The notes below the pieces were generated by a model that searched no databases, was not told where the DNA came from, and saw only the letters and a list, made by a program, of their open reading frames with translations. This document shows positions 38,470 to 53,614 of a stretch of DNA of 64,000 nt, one piece after another. The stretch is from the human T2T-CHM13v2.0 reference genome, Homo sapiens: assembly GCF_009914755.1 (NCBI RefSeq), contig NC_060927.1, one strand, 5' to 3'. How positions within the stretch are numbered: the stretch's first letter is position 1; the number at the start of each line of letters is the position of its first letter. The position numbers and the translations under genes are program-made.

Positions 38470-41400
38470 TTTTTTAAAATATTTATGGGTACATAGTAGG
38501 TGTGTATATTTATAGGGTATATTAGATGTTTTGATACAGACATGCAATGGGAAATAAGCACACCATGGGGAGTGGGGTAATAATCCCCTCAAGTATTTAT
38601 TTTTTGAGTTACAAAAATCCAGTTACACTCTTTAAGTTATTGTAAAAAGTACAATTAGGTTATTATTGACTATAGTCACCCTATTGTGCGATCCAATAGT
38701 AGATTCTATTTATTCCTCTTTTTTATTTTTGTACTCATTAACCATCCCCACTTCCACTCAAGTCCTCCACTACCTTTCTCAGCCTCTGGTAACCATACTG
38801 CTACTCTCTATGTCCATGAGTTTAATTGTTTTAATTTCCAGATCACACAAATAAATTAGAACATGCAATTTTTGTCTTTCTGTGCCTGGCTTATTTCACT
38901 CTACATAATGATCCCCAGTTCCATTCATGTAGTAACAAATTACAGGATCTCATTCTTCTGTATGGCTAAATAATACTCCATTGTGTATATGTACCAGATT
39001 TTCTTTATCCATTCATCTGTTAATGGACACTTAAGTTAAACTGAGCTATTGTAAACAGTGCTGCAGCAAGCATAGGAATGCATATATTTCTTCAATATAC
39101 TGATTTCCTTTCTTGGGGTATATACAAAGCAGTGAAATTGCTGGGTCATATTTTAGTTCAATTTTTAGTTTTTTGAGGAACCTCCAAACTGTTCTCCATA
39201 GTGCTTATACTAATTTACATTACATCCAACAGTGTACAATGGTTCCCTTTTCTCAACATCATCACCAGCATTTATTATTTCTTGTCTTTTGTATATAATC
39301 CATTTTAACTGAGGTGAGATGATATCTCATTGTAGTTTTGATTTGCATTTATCTAATAATCAATGATGCTAAGCACATTTTCATATGCCTGTTTGCTGTT
39401 TGTTTGTCTTCTTTGAGAAATCTCTATTCAAATCTTCTGCCCATATTTTATTGGATTATGAATTTTTTCATATAGAGTTGTTTGAATTCCTTATATATTG
39501 TGGTTATTATTGCCTTATCACATGGGTAGTTTGCAAATATTTTCTCTCATTCCCTAGGCTGATTCCTCACTTTATTGATTGTATCCTTTGCTGTGAAGAA
39601 GCGTTTTAACTTGATGTGATCCCATTTGTCCATATTTAATTTCGTTGCCTATGGTCGTGGAGTACTGCTACAAAAATCTTTGCCTAGACCAATGTCATGA
39701 AGATTTTTCCCAATATTTTCTTGTAGTTGATTCATAGTTTCAGATCTTAGATTTAAGTGTTTAATTCATTTTTATTTGGTTTTTGTATACAGTGAGAAAT
39801 TGAGGTCTAGAATTATTCTCCTCAATGTGGATACACAGTTTTCCTAGCACGATTTATTGATGAGACAATCTATTCCCCAGTGCATGTTCTTGGCAACTTT
39901 TGTCAGGGCATGTGAAATTGTTTCTGGGTTTGCTATTTTATTCCATTTGTCTATGTGTCTGTTTTTATGCCAATATTATGCTGTTTTGTTTACTATAGCC
40001 CTGTAATATAATTTGGTCAAGCAATGTAATTTTTTTTTTTTTTTTTTTTTTTTTGCTTAGGATTGCTTAGACTATTCTGGTTTTTTTGTGGTTTCATATA
40101 AATTTTAGGCTTTTTTTTCTATTTTTGTGAAGAATGTCATTGATGTTTTGATAGGCATTTCATTTACTCTGTAGATTTCAAGTCATATGTACATTTTAAT
40201 AATATTGATTCTTCCAATCCAGGAAAATGAAGTATTTTTTAATTTTTTGATATATTCTCCAATTTTTTCTTCATTGTTTTATAGTTCTCTTTCTAAAAAT
40301 CTTTCTAATTTTTGGTTAATTCTTAGGTATTTATTTAATTTTATGTATGGCTATTGTAAATGGGCTTACTTACTTAAATTTATTTTCAGATTGTTCACTG
40401 TTTGCATATAGAAATGGTACTGATTATAGTAGCAACATAGATTTCCTGTTCCTTTTTATTTGTTTATTTTGTATCATGTAACATTACTGAATTTGTTTAT
40501 GAGTTCTTATCTCCTGTCAGATAAGCCATGGCATTAAATTCTCATAGGAGCTTATCAGTTCTAATAGTGTTTTAGTGGAGACTTTAGGTTTTTCCAAATA
40601 TAAATTATATCATCTGCAAACAGGAATAATTTGACTTCTTCCTTTCCAATTTGGATGCCCTTTATATCTTTCTCTTGTCTGATTACTCTAGCTAGGATTT
40701 CCAGTACTATGTTGAATAACAGCGGTGACAGTGAGCATCCTTGTCGTGTTCCTGATCTCAGAGAAAAGGCTTTTGGATTTTCCTCATTCAGTATGATATT
40801 AGTGGGGGAGGGTCTGTCATATGTGATATTTATTGTGTTGACATACGTTTCTTCTATCCCCAGGTTTTTAGGGTTTTTAGAATGAAGTGATGTGAAATTT
40901 TATCAAATGATTTTTCAGCATCAACTGAAAAGATTATATGGTTCTTATTCTTCATTCTGTTTTTATGATGTATTATATTGATTGATTGGTATATGTTGAA
41001 GCATCTTTGCATCTCAGGGATAAATCCCACTTGGTCGTGATGAATGATCTTTCTAATGTATTGTTAAATTTGGTTTGCTATAATTATATTCAGGATTTTT
41101 GCATCAATTTTCATCAGAGATATTGGCCTGTGGTTTTCTTTTTTGGACTTGTCTTTGTCTGTTTTGGTATCATGGTGATAGTGGCCTCATAGAATTAGTT
41201 TGTAAATATTCCCTCTGCCTTCATTTTTTGGGATAGTTTGAGTAAGATTGGTATGAATTCTTCTTTAAGTCTTTGGTAGAATTCAGCAGTGAAGGTATAA
41301 GGTCCAGGCCTTTGTTTAGCTGGATAGTTTTTCTTATGGCTTCAATCTCATTACTTGTTAATAGTCTATTCAGGTTTTATATTTCTTCCCAGTTCAATGT

Positions 41401-44400
41401 TGGTAGGTTGTATGTATCTGGGAATTTCTTCTTTTTTATAGATTTTCTCATTTATTGGCATACAGCTGTTCCTTGTAGCCACTAATAATCTTTTGAATTT
41501 CTGCAGTATCAGCTTTAATGTCTCCTTTTCATTTCTTATTTCATTTATTTTAATATTTTCTCTTTTTCTCTTAGTTGGCTTAAAGTCTTGTCAATTTTGT
41601 TAAACTTTTTAAGAAAATAACTTTTTGTTTCATTTTTATTGCATTTATTTCTGCTATGGTCTTCATTATTTCTTCTCTTCTACTAATAATCTATTCTGGC
41701 CTATGAGGTTTCAACTGAAAAGTCTGCTGCCAGTCATATTGGAGCTCCATTGTTTGTTATTTGTTTCTTTTCTCTTGCTGTTTTGGGATACATTCTTTAT
41801 CTTTGACCTTTGTGAGTTCCATTATTAAATGTCTTAAAGCAGTCTTCTTTGGATTAAATCTGCTTAGTGTTCTCTAATCCAGGGGTTCTTAAACCCCTGC
41901 CATGGACCACTACTGGTCCGTGGCCAGTTAGGAATTGGGCCACACAGTAGGAGGTGAGTGGCAGGTGAGAGATCATTGCCACCCGAGCTTTGCCTCCTGT
42001 CAGATAAATGGTGATATTAAATTCTCATATGAGTACATATCCTATTGTGAACTGGGCATGTGAGGGATCTAGGTTGTGTGCTCCTTATAAGACTCTCAAT
42101 GCTTGATGATCTGAGGTGGAGCAGTTTCCTCCCAAAATCACCCCACTCCCCAAGCGACCCTTGAAAAAAATTATCTTTTTTAAAGCCAGTCCCTCGTGCC
42201 AAAAATGTTGGCAATCACTGCTATGACTTCTTGTTCTTGTTCTTGGATATTGATCTCTTTCACTAGCTTTGGGAAGTTCCCTCTTATTTATTTGAATAAA
42301 CTTTCTACTCCTATCTCTTTCTCTACCTCCTTTTTAAGAACACTAACTCTTAGATTTGCCCTTTTGAGCCCATTTTTTTAGATTCTGTAGGCATGCCATC
42401 TTTTTTCATTCTTTTTCCTTTGGTCTTCTCTGACTGTGAATTTTTAAATAACCTGTCTTCAAGTTAAATAATTCTTTCATCTGTTTCACTCATTTGGCTT
42501 TTAAAGGACTCTGATGCATTTTTCAGCATGCCAATTGCATTTTCTAACTCCAGAATTTCTGCTTGATTCTTTAAAATTATTTCCATCTCTTCGTTAAATT
42601 TATCTGATAGAATTCTGAATTCCTTCTCTATGTTATCTTGAATTTTCTCAACACAGCTATTTTGAATTCTCTTGGTGAAAGGTCACGTATCTCTGTTTTT
42701 CTATAATTATTCATTTGACAGGGTTATGATTTCCTGGATGGTATTGATGCTAGTAGATGTTCTTTAGTGTCTGGGCATTGAAGAGTTAGGGATTTATTGT
42801 AATCTTCACCATCAGAGCGTATTTGTATCAGTCCATCTTGGGAAAGCTTTCAAGATATTTAAAAGGACTTGTGTGTTGTGATCTAAGCTGTATTTGCTTT
42901 AGGGAGCACCCTGAACCCAGTAACGCTGTGGTTCTTGCAGACTCATAGAGGTCCCACCTTGATGATCTTGAACCAGGTGCAGAACAATTCTCTGGATTAC
43001 CAGTTGGAGACTCCTGTTCTCTTCCCTTTCTTTTTCCCAAACATACAGAGTCTCTCCCTCCCTATTCTGAGCCACCTAAAGCTGGGGGTAGAGTGACACA
43101 AGCACCCCTGGGGCTACCACTACTATGACTGTGCTGGATCAGACATAAAGCCAGGGTAGCTCTGGGTTCTGCCCAAGGCCTGCTGTAACCACTCCCTGGC
43201 TACTGTCTATGTTCACTCAAGGCCCTGGGGCTTTAAAATCAGTGTTGGCAAAGCCAGCCAGGCCTGTGTTTTTTCCTTTAGAGTGGTGACGTCCCCTAGG
43301 TCCCAGCTGAATTCTGAAGTGCTGTCCACTAGTCAGCAACTAGAGTCAAAAAACGTGTAAGTCTACCTGGTGTTTTGTATTGTGACTGAGCTGGCCCTTA
43401 AACCACAAGACACAGTTCTTCCCTCTCTTCTCTCTCCTTTCCAAAGGTAAGGGAGCCTCACCGCATAGCTGTTGCCAGCTCAGGCCATGAGGAATACTGC
43501 CAGACTACCACTGATGTTCCCTTAAGGCCTAGAGTCTCTTAAGTCATCTTTTGGTGGATACTGCCTAGCCTGGGACTCATCCTTCATGTTAGTGGACTTC
43601 CCTATGACCCAAAGCAAGTGCAGAAATGCCATTCAAGAGTCAAGTCTTGTGATCAGCAATGCCAAGAGTCCACTTGGTGCCTATTCCCCTATGGTGCCTA
43701 TTCCCCTATGGCTTTGCCAGTACCTAAGATGCAAGACAAATTTCCCTCTAATTTTTCCTCTGCTTTTCTCAAGCAGAAGAAATTTTATCCCGTAGCCACC
43801 ACAGCTGGTAATGTGCTGAGTCTCACCTGAAGCCAGCAAGTCTTGGAGGCTCACCCAAGGCTACCTCGATGTAGTACCTGGATATCACTGCTTGTTATTC
43901 AGGGACCAAGGGCTCTTCAGTTAGCAGGAGATGAATGCTGCCAGGACTGAGTTATTCTCTTCAAAGTAGCAGCATCCCTTCTATCCCAGGATATGTCTAG
44001 AAATGTCATCCGGGAAGTAGCACCTGGAATAAGGACCTCATGATGCTGACCGTTGTCTATCATGCTGTGGTTGAGCTGGTATCCTAGATGCAAGGCAAAG
44101 TCCTCCCCACTCTTTTCTCGATTGGAATAAAAAAAGTGTCTTTTGGAGCCACAAGCTGTGCAGCCTGAGGTTAGAGGAGAGGTGATGCCATTACTCCCTT
44201 GGCTGCCCTAGCTGGGGTTTCAGTATACCATGTGCCCCCTTAGTCCACTGTCTTTGGGCCTAGTTCAGCACGAAGACCCTCCTAAGATTTGCAGTTCTTA
44301 TGTTGTAGACTGCCTATTGAGTTTACTTGGAGACACAGAATGCTGCAGCCCTCAGTGCTGAGGTTTGCTGGCACTCAATTCAGTCCATTGGAATTGGTGA

Positions 44401-44820
44401 TTTCCCTCTGGCTAGGGCTGGTTTAAAGGCTCTCTTTGTGGGTGGGCATCAGCTGAGTTTGGTCTGGTTTTCCTTTCTGCTCTAACAGGACAGCACTGAG
44501 TTCAATGCCTTGCAATTGCTGTGATCTCCCTCCCCCAGTGCCCAGAGAAGCTCTCTTCAGCATACTGTCGCTTCCAGGGTTGGGGAAGTGGTGATGTCTG
44601 TGATTCAAGGTTGTTTTCTTCTCTTCAGTCCCTCTTTCAGTGATATAAAGTTAAAACTGAGTACTGCTCATGTACTCAGGGAGTAGTGCTCCCCTGATTT
44701 TTGGTGCTCATGAAGGTTTTGTGTTGTTTTGTTTTGTTTTCTGTGTAGTAGTTCTTAACTTGGTTTCCTTGCAGTGGAGGTGATCGGTGGAGCTTTCTTT
44801 TCTGACATCTTGCTCTGCCT
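38470..44820 (-). mobile_element. Near full-length L1MA-class element with internal deletions
   Basis: 3'UTR at 38470 (TATGGGTACATAGTAGG), antisense ORF2 to ~41690, jump into ORF1, long 5'UTR 42.8-44.8 kb. Confidence 0.88.
41880..42220 (+). mobile_element. MER1B-like hAT/Charlie MITE
   Basis: CAGGGGT...CACTG terminal inverted repeats, CCTATTGTGAACTG core, degenerate 8-bp TSD CTCTAATC/CTATGACT. Confidence 0.85.
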
Positions 44821-44927
44821 CTATCAGATTGCCGGTTTAACCAACTATTCATCTGTGAATTCAATATAGCAAAAAACAAAACTAAATTTTGGATGGATTT
44901 AATATTTGAAATAATCAAACTGAGTAC

Positions 44928-45285
44928 GGTACTGGGTTTTCCAGAGAGACAAAACCAAAAAGATGTGCATGTATAAAGGAATTGCCTCACAAGATTATAG
45001 AAGCCAGTGAGTACAAAATCTGCTCTGCGGGCCAGCAACCCAGAGATCCAGGACAGCCAATGATACAGATAAAGTTCAAAGGCAGTCAACTGGAGAATTT
45101 CCCCTTGTTTAGGGAGCCTGGGTTTTTTTTTTTTTTTTTTTTTCTCTCTCTATTTAGATCTTCGACTAATTAGATGAGGCCCACTCACTTTATAGAGGGC
45201 AATTTTTTTGCTCAAAGTTCACTGATTTAAATGTTTATTTCACCCAAAAAGAACCTTTAAATTGACACATAAAATTAACTATAAT
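44928..45285 (-). mobile_element. MLT2 LTR
   Basis: GGGTTTTCCAGAGAGACAAAACCAA...AATTGACACATAAAATTAAC. Confidence 0.75.
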
Positions 45286-47511
45286 AAATACACAACACAA
45301 AATACTTGAGAATAGTAAGGAGGATTAAGTAATGAGTTTCTGAGCAAATGTAGAAGTGGTGCCAACTAAGAAACCCCCTATGCCTTTTCTTTCTGCCTAG
45401 CGATGAATGTAATTGCAGTGAGTTTGGTATTTTCTCTTGAACTGTATATACTTTGCTAAAACTATATTTTTCATTGCTTAACCAAAGGTGGGAGATGGGG
45501 GATTGAAATGGAGATCAATGAGGCATTAAATTACCAGGATATGTCTGTTCTTTCTGGTTCAGCCTGCCCCTCCAAGGATGTTACTGAAAAGCAAGGAGTT
45601 ACTTTTTATAGAGTTGTTTACCCTTGAGAGAAATGATTTAAGAAAAAGTTTATTTTTTGTGGTTACAATAGTTCTATTTCTGAAGATAAAATTTAGTAGT
45701 TATGGAAATAATATTTTTATGGCCAGATTTTGATGAAAAATATAATGTTTTCTCCAGTTTATTTGCTTTTCCCCTAAATTTGCACATTTAAGTGAGCACT
45801 TCTACATTCCACTCATCAATAAAATATCAGAAATGTTATGTAAAATTTATGTACTTCATTAATATGTTTATAAAACATGTTTTTCTGTAAGATGAATTCA
45901 AAATTAGGAATACACACTAAATTTACACTATTCATTAACTGACAAAAAGAAATATTCAAATGAAAAATGACTGAAATTGGAATACTTTTATTTTTTATAA
46001 TGCTCATTAAACAGATATAAATGTTTTCAATTCTGGTATCTGGTGAATATAATTGATGCTATGTTACAAAATATTACTCCTGCTGACCTTGTCATTCTTC
46101 ATACTTTCTATACAATTTTATAAAATATAATTCATCCTTGACTGAGTAAAAGAGTTCTTTCAAGGTTGCCCTAGAGTAAGAATTATATTAGGAATTAGGA
46201 ATGAAGTGCTAGTTGTAAAGAGAAACCAATAATTCACTTTTTTTTAAAAAAAAGTAGAAGTCTGGCTTTCAAAAAGATTATTTAATTAAATTTCTCTTTA
46301 TAAAATAGACTAGGTGGCTGGTATCAAACACTACTATTATTTCTTCCCTTATAAATATTCAAGAAATAGAGCCATTATTTTTATTCAGAGAGGTAAAAAT
46401 CACAGAAATGAGGATCTTTTCTGTCCCCCTCCCCTTTAACTTTGCTTCAGTGAACTTGGCCTCAGCATTCCTCCGTAAGCAAGAAAGACCATCAGGCAAT
46501 AGATGTTATTTACTGTTTCAATGTATTTTTTTTTCTTATTTGCCAATTCATAGCAAGTTTTCATTATCAGTGTCCTCTAACTCCCAAAGTTGACTATTCT
46601 TTTTACCATGTTCCACTTATTTCTGACTTTCTTTTTTCCTGCAGAGGTTGAGAAAAGTGTTTCTCTGATGTATCCTCTTTCTCTCACTTTCATGTATGGC
46701 TTTCTTTGTATTTTTCATATTAATTATCCTATGTGGAGGCCTCTTACATAGAGAATTTGAAAGCAGTTATCTTCCCTGTCTCTACTGTGATTAGAAAACT
46801 CTTCAACCAATCCGTAGAACCTTCTACCATCATGGAATCTATTTGCACTACTAGATAATAGTTTCAATTTTCTTTTGCTATCCTTTATTAAATTATTTCA
46901 GTTTAGATAGACTTTCTAAGTTTCATTTTTCTCACACTATATTTAAGCATTAAAATAGAAAATGTTTAGCCAGCTGCATGAGGTCAATTATATTCCTTTG
47001 ACATTAATTATGTTTTATGTGTCAACAAATACATATTATGCTCAGAGAATGCTTATTTGAGCTGTCTTTCATAGAGGGTAATTACAAAATAATGAAATTT
47101 AAATGAAACATAGTCAATTTGAGAGTACAGTATATGAAGAAAAACAGAAGTGAGACTAATTTGTCTCTTTATTGACTACCTCCTGTGGAGATAGATGGAT
47201 GTTTGTTCTAGCTTTTCAGGTACTACTGTTCCCAGTGGTAGAGGTGATGCAGGCATACTCATCACTAATTACCAAATAAATTACATTAAGCAAATATTTG
47301 CTGAGTGCTTTACATGTGAGAGAAGAAAAATAATAGGTAAGAAAGGATATGTTCACTTAAGAGGTAGTTGCTTCATTCTTAATTTGACTAGGTAAAATTT
47401 CACTGTGGGGTGTCATAAAAGCACCCAAGTGAGGAGTCTATGATTTATAAGATTCAGTATTATATAAATGTGAATTCTCCCTCAAGCTAATCTTCATATT
47501 TAATTCAATCC

Positions 47512-47993
47512 TGTGACAGAGTTAAAATATGCTGTTCTGCTATATTTACTGTTTAAATTAAAGACACTTTAAAAAGAGTAGATGCGAAAAGATCATTTTG
47601 AGCTTCATGCTGTTTCTTAAGAGCAGGAGATGAAATTCCTGTTAGAAAGATTGTCTACCTGTACTCCAGCAAAAGGCAACATTCTTATCCTCAAGAGCAA
47701 GCAGTTGAGATCCAAAGAATACGGTACAGATCTTGTTAGAATGACTGTTATCTTTTAAGTAAGCCTCCACACATAATTAAATCACAGTTTCACATTTTAC
47801 TATATTTTGTCCAATCCGCTATGTTAGTAACTCACCCTAACTGCTTCTTTAGGGCCTTTATTTCTTTATAAGGGTCCCTGTGCCATGTCAAACATATTAT
47901 ACTTTTCTCCTATTAATCTATGCTATGTTAATTTAATTATTGGACACAGCTAGGATCCTAGGAGAATGGACATGAGGTTTTTCCACCCCTACA
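47512..47993 (+). mobile_element. ERV1 solo LTR (MER34-like)
   Basis: TGTG...CCCCTACA termini; AAATATGCTGTTCTG. Confidence 0.6.
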
Positions 47994-48373
47994 ATATCCA
48001 GGGAAAAATATTTAAATGTAAAGATAAAATAAAGAGAAATTTGTTGCCAGAAACCTTGATTAAAATAAATAAAGCGAGTGCTTCAGGAAGAAACGCAATA
48101 ATATCAAACATAAACCTTGAAATGCACAAGAAAAGAAAAAAAAACACTGAGAATTAAGTAAGATATCTTGTGTTGAACCATATTAAATTGATATATATAT
48201 ATAGGAAAAAATAGTAGAATATTGGTAATTATATAAAATTCCACCTAATATATTAATATGAACTATGACCAGAAACAACTGTAATGATATCTGGAGTATC
48301 ATATATATTAAACTAAAATGCATGTCATAAACAACCCTAACAATGGAAGGGAGAAAATTGATTTAAAAGTTTT

Positions 48374-48674
48374 GGCTGGGTGTAATAGCTCATGCTTGTA
48401 ATTCGAGGGCTTTGGGAGGCGGAGGGGGGCTGGTCATGATGTCAAGAGATGGAGACAATCCTGGCCAACGTGGTGAAACCCCGTCTCTACTAAAAATACA
48501 AAAATTAGCTGGGCGTGGTGGCCCGAACCTGTAGTCCTAGCTACTCAGGAGGCTGAGACAGGAGAATCACTTGAACCCAGGAGGTGGAGGTTGCAGTGAG
48601 CCCAGATTGTGCTTAGCTTGGCAACAGAGAGAGACTCCACCTCAAAAAAAGAAAAGAAACAAACAAACAAAAAA
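48374..48674 (+). mobile_element. Alu (AluSc-like)
   Basis: Dimer with A-rich tail; TSD approximately TTTAAAGTTT. Confidence 0.93.
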
Positions 48675-48985
48675 TTTTAAAGTTTATGCAATCTCAGCAA
48701 AGTGACAATCAAAAACTTTACATTACCAAATTTATTTGGTACTTCAGGCTGAAAACATGAAGTATGTACAGGATATTTAGGATAGTCACTAATAATAATA
48801 ATTATATTAATATCGACTTAGCAGAATAAAAATACAATAAAATCAGTAATCAAAAGGAGGCCAAAGAAAGAAAAATGAAATATACAAATGCAAATATTTA
48901 TTTCTTAGTTGCCTTTAACAATGAGTGGTAGCTTAATGATGCTCTAGGTTTGTTTTTGTGTGGAGATAGAAAGGAATGCTAATGT

Positions 48986-49101
48986 GGCCAGGCGCAGTGG
49001 CTCACACGTGTAATCCCAGCACTTTGGGAGGCCGAGGTGGGTGGATCACGAGGTCAGGAGTTCCAGACCATCCTGGCCAACAAGGTGAAACCCCGTATCT
49101 A

Positions 49102-49138
<37 letters not shown>

Positions 49139-49327
49139 AACAACAAAACAATAATTAGCTAGGCATGGTGGCGCGTGCCTGTAATCCCAGCTACTCAGGA
49201 GCCTGAGGCAGGAGAATCCCCTGAACCAGGGAGTGGGAGGTTGCAGTGAGCTGAGATCGCGTCATTGCGCTGCAGCCTGGCGACAAAGTGAGACTCCGTC
49301 TCAAAAACAAAAAGAAACAAACAAACA
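48986..49327 (+). mobile_element. Alu with the middle A-tract expanded to A34
   Basis: TSD AGAAAGGAAKGCTAATG. Confidence 0.95.
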
Positions 49328-50042
49328 GAAAGGAAGGCTAATGCTCACCATTAGGATAACATCAAACTACTTTCAGTTACTGACAATTCTAAATACGGAT
49401 ATTAAGAGTAAATAAGAAAAAAAGAAGTTTTACTATCCTTGTGGCACAATTCTGAAAAATGATGCCATGTATTACATATGAGTTCCGAGTTTCAAAATGA
49501 TTCATGGAATAGAATAAGCTGACATAATCAAAATAGATGTAGGAAACGCTAAAAGTTAGCAACAAAGGCTAAAATGTCAGGAGTGTGGTTTTCACACCTG
49601 AAAAAATTACATAACAATGACAGGGGACCACACAAAAAATTATATAACTGTAAAACATTCTATGGCTATTAAACAAAAAGAAGATCTACCATGATATAAG
49701 TAGCTTGAATCAGAAGGTAAATCAATGTGGTGCTTCCTTCATTGAGAAATTTTGATTTGAAAAATGTAACCAGGACTACAGTGTGATGAATTAATTGTTT
49801 GAGTTAAATTCTAGTAAAATCTGATTGACTCTATGCACACCCTATAAATCAAACTTGGAATAGCAATAGATTCTAGCATATGATATTGAGTGGAAAGATT
49901 CTCTAACCAAAATTCTGTGTCCCCTCATTCCTGGGTTAAGGTGCATTGCCTTAAAAAGTGAATTAAGAAAGGGTCATACAAATAGATTCTACATTTTCTA
50001 TAGTATGAAATATAAAATATTCTGAATAAACTTATAATGATT

Positions 50043-50465
50043 TGTGGTACAGTTTGCCATGCTGACTTCTTAATGTGACAACCAGACTACATTTCTTAGT
50101 CTCCTTGAGTCTAAATAACAATGTGACTAGTTCTCACCAATGTAATGTGAGTGGAAGTGTCATTTCTAGGTTGAGGTACTAAAAAGTGGAAGTATGTTCT
50201 CCAGTCTTTTTTAAAAATTAATTTCAATCCACTATTTAAATCAAGAGAACTCTGAGGACCTTGATGAAAGGAGAGCTGCCAAAATTAAGAAGATTGGCTC
50301 CAGAATTACATCTTAAATTCTTGTCATTCAGATGAGCCACACACCCAGAAATACCTTTGTAAGTAGTTGCATGGGGAGAAAATAATTACATTTTTTAAAT
50401 ACCAAGGCACTGAGATTTTAAGTTTTAGCTTCTATACCATTCAATACTACTTATCCTCACTAATA
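50043..50465 (+). mobile_element. Old MLT1 LTR
   Basis: GACTACATTTC...ATGTGACTAGTTCTCACCAATG...TGAGTGGAAGTG. Confidence 0.65.
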
Positions 50466-51005
50466 AGAAACAAAATTTTGTCTTTATTTTTCTACATTTA
50501 TCTATCTGCATAAATAATATATACACATTACTTAATTCCTTTTCAAAACATTTGTAGCTTTCTTTAACTACTTTGCAGAAGGACACAAGTAAAATAAAAA
50601 TCCTCTTGAGTATTTAATGGTGTGGAAACCAATATAGGTATTTTGCTTGATAAATAATGAATAGCCAAGTCTCAGCTCTCAGTGAATTCATAGGCTAGTA
50701 GAAGGGGAGATGAAATAGTTAGGTAACCTTAATGAAAAGAAGAACAAAATGTCAGTTATCATAGAGATTAAATTAATATAAATAGGGAACAGATTTCTAA
50801 ATGGAACTCAGTTGGATATCGGAATGTCAGATCAGTGTACATGGAGTCTGAAAAATGCTTATTTTAAATATTTAGGTGTATTTGTAAATCTACAAAATTT
50901 GTACCAACATAGACAACTATTATTTCTTGACTGAATTAGAGTTTTAGCATTAGTCTGCATAGATGGCATAAATATCTATTGTTTATGTAAATCTAGGTTG
51001 GGTAA

Positions 51006-51338
<333 letters not shown>

Positions 51339-51788
51339 TATTTTGTGTCCTTCTTTTTTTTTTTTTTTTTTAAAAAAAAAAGAGATTATACTTATCTTTG
51401 AAATTAAGTAAATCATTTTTATATTTTTATTTATATTCTAAGAGAAAAGTTATGACAGACCAAATTATAATACATGCAAGCAATGAGAGCCTACCAAAAA
51501 GAGACAACAAAACTCAGTCAAACCATAAAAAAGTATGTGTAGATTTTGGTTTGGTAAACTGATTTTTCTAATGTAAAAGGTAATTTTCTTTTGTTTAATT
51601 CCTTTTTTTTAAAAAAAAAAAAGGAAAGAAAAATTATTTAAAGTGAGAAATGAACTTACTGGGAAATAAAACTTAGGTATAGTTTACAAAATTAGTAGTA
51701 GATATTTGGGAAAACAATACAGTTAGGTACAATACAATGTAATATACTCCCAATCAAAGTCGGTTAAGCAATTATTTGTTGGCAATAA

Positions 51789-52205
<417 letters not shown>

Positions 52206-53614
52206 TCAAGTTTAAAACAAATCCAATTAAAGTCCTGATTAATTTTTTACATGTCATAATTGGTGACATTTTTAGTGTTTTTAGTTTGTAGAAGATATAT
52301 ATTTAAAAATATTTTTCCTGCATCGTTAAAATTTGCAAATAAACTTCATATATTATTAACTCAAATATTTCTTTTAACAAAAACTTGGTTTTAGGAGGAA
52401 GTCTCATAAGCACACTGCTTTTAGAAATTAGTTGAGTGAGAATTTTTCAATTAAGCTTTAGAAATTGGAAACATAATTTTAATAAGAGTTTAAGTTCTGC
52501 CATTGTTTACAATGACTGTAAAATTCTGATGGCATTATTGCAATACAACTTTAATAAAAGAAGAAAACCATTAATCTCAATAAATATAATTTCATTTGTT
52601 TGAATTAATTTTGTTTTGAATTTTGTTTGCTATCATAACATTATTATGCATTTTATAACATCAAATATTATATATTTTTCAAACAATTTCAGTTAAATTA
52701 AAAATTTAGATCCCCTTAAGATTGTCTTACAATAGTTTAAAAATTAAATTAACTGAAAGTTATATTTAGATCTAGAAAATAATGTGCAAGTTAATGTTGT
52801 TTCAGAAATATAAAATTAAATTTAAAAAATATAGATGCCACTCTCTTAGCTATTAATTTGCTGAATAGAAAGTTGCTATTTGTGTGAATTTTTCTTTACT
52901 ATTTTTTAACTTTTGTTTATGAGTTGGGACGCACTCAACACTATTGTGCCAGCATACAGAATAACAATAAACATCAGATTATTTTTAGAATTGTCCAAGT
53001 TAAATATATCCCTGTAAAACGAGATCTCTCCATTTTGTAAACCAGAAAGCATCTAAAATAATATCTTTGGTTATTTTCCTGAAATATGTTAATGTAAAAA
53101 AAATTCAAATTTATAATATAACTTTAAATTTGCCATATTTGTATTCTCTTCAATATGTCTTATGTAAATGAGGGATAAGTTTATAAAAGTGTTTGAAATA
53201 CAATTATAATTTCCATAAGTTTAGTGGGTTATTGGTTTTCTAACAATTTAAAAGTTAAATAAAAAATCTGTTTTCCAAGATTACTATCACTTTTCTGGTT
53301 AACAATCACTATATTTGGAAAGACAGAATATGTCATACTATGTATTTGAGAATTGTTTTTAGAAGAAGCATGAATAAGCAGCAATTTGCACTGTACATAC
53401 AGAGATGAGAAATGCAGAAATAGTCTACATACATCTGGCCAAAGCTTTTCAAGTATTTTTACCTGTCTGATCATCTACACATAAACTTTTCTGAAATTTG
53501 ATTTTTATTATCTGTAAGGTTCCTATTATGATTTGCTTGTCTTGTGCGTAAAGATTAGTCATTCAGTATTGTTTTTCCTTCCTTTAGGAGACACTGTGCT
53601 TTTGCATGAAGCAG

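Noticed and set aside
43675-43710. 17-bp tandem duplication (similar small ones at ~13283-13318 and 53868-53925)
   Set aside because: Ordinary slippage duplications with no sign of function.
51354-51622. T-run/A-run palindromes
   Set aside because: Low-complexity homopolymer juxtapositions, common in AT-rich DNA.
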